Below are positions 8,897 through 14,001 of a stretch of 14,001 bases of DNA, one piece after another. The translations under genes were made by a program, and so were the position numbers. Origin of the DNA: Gemmatimonadota bacterium (lineage in GTDB: Bacteria > Gemmatimonadota > Gemmatimonadetes > Gemmatimonadales > Gemmatimonadaceae); contig JAZJZK010000021.1 in the NCBI GenBank assembly GCA_040389905.1, positions 1 through 14,001 on the forward strand, written 5' to 3'. Each line of letters starts with the position of its first letter. The first letter of the stretch is position 1. Under the pieces are notes generated by a model that saw nothing but the letters and a program-made list of their open reading frames with translations, searched no databases and was not told the origin of the DNA.

Positions 8897-8955
8897 CCGT
8901 AAGCATAGAGCGCATACCCGTTGCGTCGCAATGCATAACTGAGGATCATTCGAAC
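8897..8955. promoter_or_regulatory. Putative bidirectional promoter between the acyl-CoA dehydrogenase and lipoprotein genes
   Basis: Minus strand: TTGCGA-N18-TATGCT-N5-ATG. Plus strand: TTGCGT-N17-GATCAT-N6-ATG. Both -35 hexamers lie within the palindrome TTGCGTCGCAA (8921-8931). Confidence 0.5.
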
Positions 8956-9771
8956 ATGCGCACACACGCTCTGCTTTCGCTTTCGATTGGTTCTCTCCTG
9001 GTCGCATCCGCTTGCCGGCGTTCGTCGGCACCGGAAGCGGCTCCCGCTCCAGCCCCCGCTGCAGCCAGCGCCAACTTCGCGTCCGGCGAGGCCGTCATCG
9101 CGGCCATGCGCGAGCGCTACGACGGCAAGTGGTACAAGACCCTCACCTTCAAGCAGAAGACATCACGCCTCGTCAGGGACACGACGTGGAGGGTGGACAT
9201 CTGGTACGAGGCGTCACACGTGCCTGGCCGCCTGCGCATCGACTTCGATCCGATCAGCGACGGAAGCGGCGTTCTCTACGCGCGCGACAGCACGTTTTCG
9301 TTCACGAAGGGCAAGGCGCTCCCTGGACAACCGGGCCTGAATGACCTGCTCATCCTCGGCTTCGACGTCTATGCCAATACGCCGGCGCGCACGGCGTCGC
9401 TGCTCCGCAAGCAGGGCTTTGACCTGACGCGCGTACACACGGCGACCTTCGACAACCGGCCCATGATCGTCGTCGGCGCCCGCGCCGGTGAAACGCGACG
9501 CAAACAATTCTGGGTCGACGCGGAGCATCTGTACTTCGTGCGCATGATCGAGCCGACGGTTCGTGACTCGACCAAGACGCAAGACGTGCGATTCGTGAAC
9601 TACAGGAAAGTCGGGTCGGCGTGGATTGCGGCTCGCGTCGAAGTCTACGACACAAATGGCAAGCTCGTGTTTCACGAGGACTATTCGGATATCAAGACGG
9701 ATCTGGCGCTCGACGAGGCGCTGTTCGATCCCGCCAAGTGGAAGACGGCGAAGCACTGGATGAACCCCTGA
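8956..9771 (+). CDS. Uncharacterised lipoprotein, possibly LolA-like (outer-membrane lipoprotein-sorting type) fold
   Basis: 271 aa. Lipobox-like LVASA|C followed by an Ala/Pro linker and a beta-strand-rich domain. QFWVDAEHLYFVRM and the C-terminal YSDIKTDLALDEALFDP resemble LolA-like families. The fold assignment is an inference. Confidence 0.7.
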   Translation: MRTHALLSLSIGSLLVASACRRSSAPEAAPAPAPAAASANFASGEAVIAAMRERYDGKWYKTLTFKQKTSRLVRDTTWRVDIWYEASHVPGRLRIDFDPISDGSGVLYARDSTFSFTKGKALPGQPGLNDLLILGFDVYANTPARTASLLRKQGFDLTRVHTATFDNRPMIVVGARAGETRRKQFWVDAEHLYFVRMIEPTVRDSTKTQDVRFVNYRKVGSAWIAARVEVYDTNGKLVFHEDYSDIKTDLALDEALFDPAKWKTAKHWMNP

Positions 9772-9790
9772 TTTCGAAACAGGTGCCTGA

Positions 9791-9819
9791 TGTCACCCCG
9801 AACGTCGCTCGGGATGACA
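9791..9819. repeat. REP-like hairpin (TGTC family), possible terminator of the lipoprotein gene
   Basis: TGTCACCCCGA-acgtcgc-TCGGGATGACA forms an 11-bp stem with one mismatch. 9805-9819 is the exact reverse complement of 13862-13876. Confidence 0.8.
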
Positions 9820-9907
9820 ATCACGGTGTGAAGCACCAGCTTTGCCGTAGTGTCCGGCAGTTATCCGTGGCATCCGTCAAATCCGCTCCTTGAATCGGTA
9901 CACCACT

Positions 9908-11224
9908 ATGCGTTTCGCCAGCATCGTAACCGTCGCGCTAATGATCGCGCCGGCGCTCCCAGCACAATCGACGACCGTCCTCCGCGCCGCCAGGCTGATC
10001 GACGGCACCGGCAGCGCGGTCATCCAGAATGGCGTCGTCGTCGTCACCGATGACAAAATCGTCGCCGCGGGGAAGGACGGATCTGTCACCATCCCCGCCG
10101 GCGCAAAGATCATCGACCTCGGCGACGCGACCCTGCTCCCGGGATTCATCGACGCACACACGCACATCATCGGGCGACCGCTCTCGGACCCCAAGTCCGA
10201 TGACGCGAACGTGCGCGACTACAGCGCGTACGCCGCCATCGTCGGCGTCGAGAATGCCCGCAAGACACTCATGGCCGGCTTCACCACCATTCGGGTGCTC
10301 GGCTCCTCGAACTTCGACGACATGGCGCTCAGGCAGGCGATCACGAATAGCGTTGCCATCGGCCCGCGCATGCAGAACGCGGGCAACTCGTTCGGTATCA
10401 CCGGCGGCCACTGCGACGAAAACGGTTACAGACCCGGGCTGATGGACGGCGACTATCGCACGGGTGTTGCCGATGGAGCGGATGAAGGACGCAAGGCGGT
10501 CCGCTATCAGGTCAAGTACGGCGCGGACGTGATCAAGATCTGCGCGACGGGCGGCGTGCTCTCCGAGGGCGACGCGGTGGGCGCCACGCAGTACACGCTC
10601 GACGAAATGAAGGCCATCGTCGACGAAGCCAGGAAGCTCGAGCGCAAGGTCGCGGCGCACGCCCACGGCACCGAGGGGATCAAGCTCGCGACACAAGCGG
10701 GGGTCGCCAGCATCGAGCACGGTTCCTTCCTTGACGAGGAAGGCGCGAAGCTCATGGCGCAGAAGGGCACCTATCTCGTCCCCACGATCAGCGCCGGCGA
10801 GTTCGTGGAGAATGCGGCGAAGAAGGGACGGCTCACCGGCCTCCGCGCCGAGAAAGCCTACGCGGCGGCCGCCGGAATGCGCAACGCAGTGAAGCTGGCC
10901 GTCAAGAACAACGTGCCGATTGCATTGGGAACAGACGCCGGCGTCGGCGAGCATGGCACCAACGGCCACGAGTTCACCCTCATGGTCACCTGGGGTGGGA
11001 TGACGCCGATGCAGTCCATTTCGGCCGGCACGCTGAACGCGGCGAAATTGCTCGGCTGGGAGAAGAACATCGGCACCCTCGCACCAGGAAAATGGGCCGA
11101 TATCGTCGCCGTCCCAGGGGATCCGACGAAGGACATCACCGTGATGGAAAAGCCGAACTTCGTGATGAAGGGCGGTGTGGTCTACAAGAATCTGCCAGCG
11201 GGAAAGACCACGGCGATGCGCTGA
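9908..11224 (+). CDS. Secreted amidohydrolase-superfamily metalloenzyme (Xaa-Pro dipeptidase/carboxypeptidase-like group)
   Basis: Motifs: PGFIDAHTH, AGFTTIR, IKICATGG (carbamylated-Lys position), AAHAHG, IEHG, GTDAG and GKWADIVAV. Signal peptide MRFASIVTVALMIAPALPA|Q. Start placed at ATG 9908 rather than TTG 9890. Confidence 0.92.
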   Translation: MRFASIVTVALMIAPALPAQSTTVLRAARLIDGTGSAVIQNGVVVVTDDKIVAAGKDGSVTIPAGAKIIDLGDATLLPGFIDAHTHIIGRPLSDPKSDDANVRDYSAYAAIVGVENARKTLMAGFTTIRVLGSSNFDDMALRQAITNSVAIGPRMQNAGNSFGITGGHCDENGYRPGLMDGDYRTGVADGADEGRKAVRYQVKYGADVIKICATGGVLSEGDAVGATQYTLDEMKAIVDEARKLERKVAAHAHGTEGIKLATQAGVASIEHGSFLDEEGAKLMAQKGTYLVPTISAGEFVENAAKKGRLTGLRAEKAYAAAAGMRNAVKLAVKNNVPIALGTDAGVGEHGTNGHEFTLMVTWGGMTPMQSISAGTLNAAKLLGWEKNIGTLAPGKWADIVAVPGDPTKDITVMEKPNFVMKGGVVYKNLPAGKTTAMR

Positions 11225-11299
11225 GGGGCAGTCGAGGTGTTACAGGTTGTGCCGCTAACAAACCATACCTTGGCGCGTGCGTCAGGAGTTTCGGTAGCG

Positions 11300-11353
11300 T
11301 AAGTGGTTGTCATATAATGGCTTAGTAACAGTGCGCGGCGGCATGCGAATTGA
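11300..11353 (+). promoter_or_regulatory. Putative sigma-54 promoter with an upstream IHF-like AT-rich inverted site
   Basis: CGGCATGCGAATTGA (11339-11353) matches TGGCACG-N4-TTGC at 8/11 with correct -24/-12 spacing. TAAGTGGTTGTCATATAATGGCTTA (11300-11324) lies upstream. Both precede a PEP-CTERM gene. Confidence 0.5.
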
Positions 11354-11398
11354 GTTGAGGGCCGGAAGATCTGTCACGTCTCCGGCACCAAGGGCAAA

Positions 11399-12091
11399 AT
11401 GTCTCGTCGCTCCCGAGTTGCGATCCTCTGCGCTGCGCTTGGGTTTCTCCTGCCCGCGAGTGGCCAAGCGCAATGGAGCGCCTCGGTAGACTTCTCGACG
11501 GCGGCCAATCCGAACGGCGCCTGGTCCTACGGCAGCAGAGACCTGCCAGATCTCTTGCTGTCCACGCTGTCGCTCTACACACTGGCGGGGAACACCGCGC
11601 CGTTCGATTCGTGGGACTTCGACGGGAGTCTCAACCCGGGTGTTTTCAGGAACAACACCGGCGCCAGCCTGGGCGGAGCGCTTCCGCTCGATCCCGGCCA
11701 ACTCGCACTGCATCCAGGGTCCGGAGGGCAATTCAGCATTGTGCGATGGACGGCGCCTGCCAGCGCGACCTACGCGCTCGCCTCGCAGTTCACCAACATC
11801 TATTTCGCCTCGACTGACGTCCATGTGCTCCTCAATGGCTCGTTGCTCTTCAGCGAGTTGATCGATCAGTACGGCGAGACGCAATCGTTCAGCGACCTGC
11901 TTTCCCTGAACGCAGGAGATGTCGTCGAGTTTGCCGTCGGTTTCGGAAACGGTGGCTACGTCGGCGACAGCACTGGTCTTGAGGCGACGATCGACGAGAC
12001 GAGCGCCACTCCCGAGCCGTCATCGATCCTTCTGCTTGCCTCCGGACTAATTGCAACGGTGGCCGCAATTCGACGCCGAACTCGCGCATAA
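11399..12091 (+). CDS. PEP-CTERM (exosortase-sorted) surface protein
   Basis: Signal peptide at the N-terminus. The C-terminus ATPEPSSILLLASGLIATVAAIRRRTRA has the PEP motif, a transmembrane helix and an Arg cluster. Confidence 0.93.
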   Translation: MSRRSRVAILCAALGFLLPASGQAQWSASVDFSTAANPNGAWSYGSRDLPDLLLSTLSLYTLAGNTAPFDSWDFDGSLNPGVFRNNTGASLGGALPLDPGQLALHPGSGGQFSIVRWTAPASATYALASQFTNIYFASTDVHVLLNGSLLFSELIDQYGETQSFSDLLSLNAGDVVEFAVGFGNGGYVGDSTGLEATIDETSATPEPSSILLLASGLIATVAAIRRRTRA

Positions 12092-12098
12092 CGCCGCG

Positions 12099-12246
12099 GA
12101 GCTGGAAGCTTGAGCTCGAGTCGGAGCTACCAGCCAGAGCACGAGCGGGAGCGTGAGCTTCCAGCAATGAGCAGGTAGGAGCTCGAGCTCAATGCTCTGA
12201 GCTCAAGCTCTAAGCAGCTGATAGCTCACAGCGCGCGCTCATGCTC
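12099..12246. repeat. Degenerate 6-7-bp periodic (G)AGC array with internal inverted repeats
   Basis: About 20 AGC cores spaced mostly 6-7 bp apart. Perfect inverted pairs at 12101-12110/12156-12165 (10 bp) and 12107-12117/12199-12209 (11 bp). Confidence 0.85.
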
Positions 12247-12254
12247 AATGAATG

Positions 12255-12290
12255 GTTGACAAAAGCAACGATATGGTTGACTATGTCACC
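12255..12290 (+). promoter_or_regulatory. Tandem imperfect palindromic operator boxes (GTTGAC-N3-GTCAAC-like) overlapping a sigma-70-type promoter
   Basis: GTTGACAAAAGCAAC (12255-12269) and GTTGACTATGTCACC (12276-12290) are 21 bp apart. The promoter reads TTGACA(12256)-N17-GACTAT-N6-ATG(12291). Confidence 0.65.
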
Positions 12291-13250
12291 ATGACACAGG
12301 ACGCTGCCCCAGGCACGGCCGCCGCTGAACGCGTTGCAGCCATCAGGCGCTTCAACCGCATCTACACCCCACTCGTCGGCGCGCTGGACGAAGGGCATCT
12401 CGAGAGCGAGTTCTCCCTCGCCGAAGTGCGGGTGATGTATGAGCTCGCTCACCGTGACGCCCTGACGGCGGCCGTCCTCGTCCGCGAACTCCGACTCGAT
12501 CCTGGCTATCTGAGCAGGCTCCTGCGTCATCTCTCGCGTCGCAAGCTGGTGAGCCGTATCCGATCGGCGAAGGATGGCCGGCAGTCTCTCCTCTCCCTGA
12601 CGCAGGCAGGAAAGACCGCCTTCGCCCAGCTCGAGGCACGCGCCAATGTTCGCGTCGCCGCGCTCATCGAACCGCTCGACGCCGCCGCACAGCAACGGCT
12701 CGTGTCGTCGATGGAGACGATTGCCTCGCTACTGGGCCCGCCGAGTGAATCGAAGCGCTCAGCTGGCCCGTTTCTCTTGCGACAGCATCAGCCCGGTGAC
12801 ATGGGATGGGTCGTCGAAACGCACGGACTGCTCTACTGGGAGGAATACCGCTGGGACGAGCGCTTCGAGGCACTCGTCGCGCGGATCGTCGCGGACTTCA
12901 TCGACCACTACGACTCCAAGCTGGAACGGTGCTGGATTGCAGAGCGTGACGGAACGAACGTCGGCTGTGTATTCATCGTTCGCCATTCCGAGCGCGAGGG
13001 CGTTGCCAAGCTCCGCCTCCTGCTGGTTCACCCGTCGATGCGAGGGCAGGGGATTGGAGAGCGCCTGGTCAAGGAATGCACACGGTTCGCGAGAAACGCG
13101 GGGTACCGCACCATTACGCTCTGGACCAACGATGTCCTTTCTTCGGCTCGCAAGATCTACCAAGCCGAGGGCTACCAGCTCGTGAACGAGGAAGCCCACA
13201 ACAGCTTCGGGCACGATTTGGTGGGTCAGACATGGGAGCTGACCCTCTAG
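12291..13250 (+). CDS. Bifunctional MarR-family HTH regulator / GNAT N-acetyltransferase
   Basis: N-terminal MarR winged helix (IRRFNRIYT, SLAEVRVMYEL, LDPGYLSRLL, DGRQSLLSLTQAG). C-terminal GNAT (PGDMGWVV, AKLRLLLV, MRGQGIG acetyl-CoA motif, LWTNDVL, ARKIY). Start placed at ATG 12291. Confidence 0.95.
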   Translation: MTQDAAPGTAAAERVAAIRRFNRIYTPLVGALDEGHLESEFSLAEVRVMYELAHRDALTAAVLVRELRLDPGYLSRLLRHLSRRKLVSRIRSAKDGRQSLLSLTQAGKTAFAQLEARANVRVAALIEPLDAAAQQRLVSSMETIASLLGPPSESKRSAGPFLLRQHQPGDMGWVVETHGLLYWEEYRWDERFEALVARIVADFIDHYDSKLERCWIAERDGTNVGCVFIVRHSEREGVAKLRLLLVHPSMRGQGIGERLVKECTRFARNAGYRTITLWTNDVLSSARKIYQAEGYQLVNEEAHNSFGHDLVGQTWELTL

Positions 13251-13395
13251 CAGTGCGCATTAGTGTGTTGCGAGCCGGAGTGGTCCAATGTGAGACTTGC
13301 GACCCGCTTGGTGACGTGGGGCACTGGCCGGAACCCTGTTTTGGCGCTAGAAATGACAGTGCCCAGTGTGTCCCACCGCTCCCGAGTGCCCTCCC

Positions 13396-13785
13396 ATGAA
13401 GAACCGACTCCGCCGAGGCTTTACCCTCATCGAACTCTTGATCGTCGTTGTGATCATCGGAATCCTGGCCGCGATCGCCATTCCGAAGTTCGGTGCTACG
13501 AAGGGCAAGGCATACATCGCGTCACTCAAGTCCGACCTTCGGAATCTGGTGACGGCTGAGGAAGCGTTCTTCGCGGATTCGGTCAAGTACGCGACGTACG
13601 ACACGACGAAGCTCAAGTATCGGCCGTCGTCGGGTGTCATGACGCCGACGATCGTCGTGGGATCGGGCTACTGGTCGGCCACCATCACACATAGCCAGGT
13701 GCCGAGCTTCAGCTGCGGAATCAGCGTCAATACGACGAATCCCGTCGTCGCGACGGCAGGGGAAGGGGAGCCGGCTTGTAAGTAG
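13396..13785 (+). CDS. Type IV pilin (prepilin N-terminal cleavage/methylation domain), short, with a C-terminal Cys pair
   Basis: Class III signal MKNRLRRG|FTLIELLIVVVIIGILAAIAIPKF with Glu5. The mature protein is 121 aa with Cys99 and Cys120. Start placed at ATG 13396. Confidence 0.95.
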   Translation: MKNRLRRGFTLIELLIVVVIIGILAAIAIPKFGATKGKAYIASLKSDLRNLVTAEEAFFADSVKYATYDTTKLKYRPSSGVMTPTIVVGSGYWSATITHSQVPSFSCGISVNTTNPVVATAGEGEPACK

Positions 13786-13797
13786 GCGTCAGCACAG

Positions 13798-13818
13798 GGG
13801 CTACGAGCTACGAGCTAG
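13798..13818. repeat. Short heptamer tandem GGGCTAC-GAGCTAC-GAGCTAG
   Basis: Three 7-bp units just after the pilin stop codon. GAGCTAC also occurs in the 12099-12246 array. Confidence 0.55.
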
Positions 13819-13839
13819 CGTCTGACCTGAAACTACCAT

Positions 13840-14001
13840 TTGTGGAGCGAATGGCATTGGATGTCATCCCGAGCGAAGTCGAGGGATCTGCACGTTCAGT
13901 CTGGGTTTGAGGTGCGGACCCCTCGACTTGTGGAGCGAATGGCATCGGATGTCATCCCGAGCGAAGTCGAGGGATCTGCACGTTCAGTCTGGGTTTGAGG
14001 T
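13840..14001. repeat. 88-bp tandem duplication containing a REP/REPIN-like unit, truncated by the right window edge
   Basis: 13840-13927 is repeated at 13928-14001 with one mismatch over the 74 visible bp. Each unit has TGTCATCCCGAGCGAAGTCGAGGGATCTGCAC. An inverted partial copy at 13912-13929 pairs with 13876-13893 (16/18). Confidence 0.95.

Noticed and set aside
8897..9031. 45-aa N-terminal extension of the acyl-CoA dehydrogenase in the ORF track
   Set aside because: It overlaps the divergent lipoprotein gene and the promoter gap. ATG 8896 gives a more plausible N-terminus.
5020..10969. Antisense ORFs 5020-6048, 6950-7573, 7952-8902, 9214-9756 and 9938-10969
   Set aside because: Arg-rich shadow frames of zwf, the cyclase/ACAD pair, the lipoprotein and the amidohydrolase, with no independent evidence.
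12252..12290. Upstream in-frame ATGs for the MarR-GNAT gene
   Set aside because: They fall within the promoter/operator boxes. ATG 12291 fits the promoter geometry better, though this is not proven.
13341..13356. Sigma-54-like site TGGCGCTAGAAATGA upstream of the pilin
   Set aside because: Only 7/11 consensus positions match and the -12 element is poor. Plausible for a pilin gene but too weak to call.
13840..14001. CRISPR array or tRNA/attachment site at the right edge
   Set aside because: The sequence between repeats is identical rather than variable, there is no cloverleaf, and no integrase or cas gene is present.

Overview
A GC-rich bacterial chromosomal segment, probably from a Gemmatimonadota-like organism (inferred from the style of the pilin, the PEP-CTERM protein and the Gly/Arg-rich secreted proteins; not verified). 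Ten credible protein genes, in order: secreted DUF885-family protein (+), lipoprotein M13 metallopeptidase (+), zwf (-), cyclase/kynurenine-formamidase-family hydrolase (-), long VLCAD/ACAD9-type acyl-CoA dehydrogenase (-), uncharacterised lipoprotein (+), secreted amidohydrolase (+), PEP-CTERM protein (+), MarR-GNAT fusion (+), and a short type IV pilin whose N-terminus closely resembles Geobacter PilA (+). I see no rRNA, tRNA, CRISPR array, transposase or integrase. The unexplained structure is in the non-coding DNA. Six of the eight gaps longer than 100 bp hold repeat elements from about five distinct families: a 13-bp tandem array, two long inverted-repeat elements built from ~9-bp periodic subunits, an AGC-periodic array, and a TGTC-tagged REP hairpin family with compensatory stem changes, one copy of which lies in an 88-bp tandem duplication. 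No mobilising gene is present in the window. Regulatory candidates are a 59-bp bidirectional promoter with two possibly leaderless transcripts, a tandem MarR-type operator, and a sigma-54-like promoter before the PEP-CTERM gene. I cannot claim a new biological system. The repeat elements and the pilin are the best leads.
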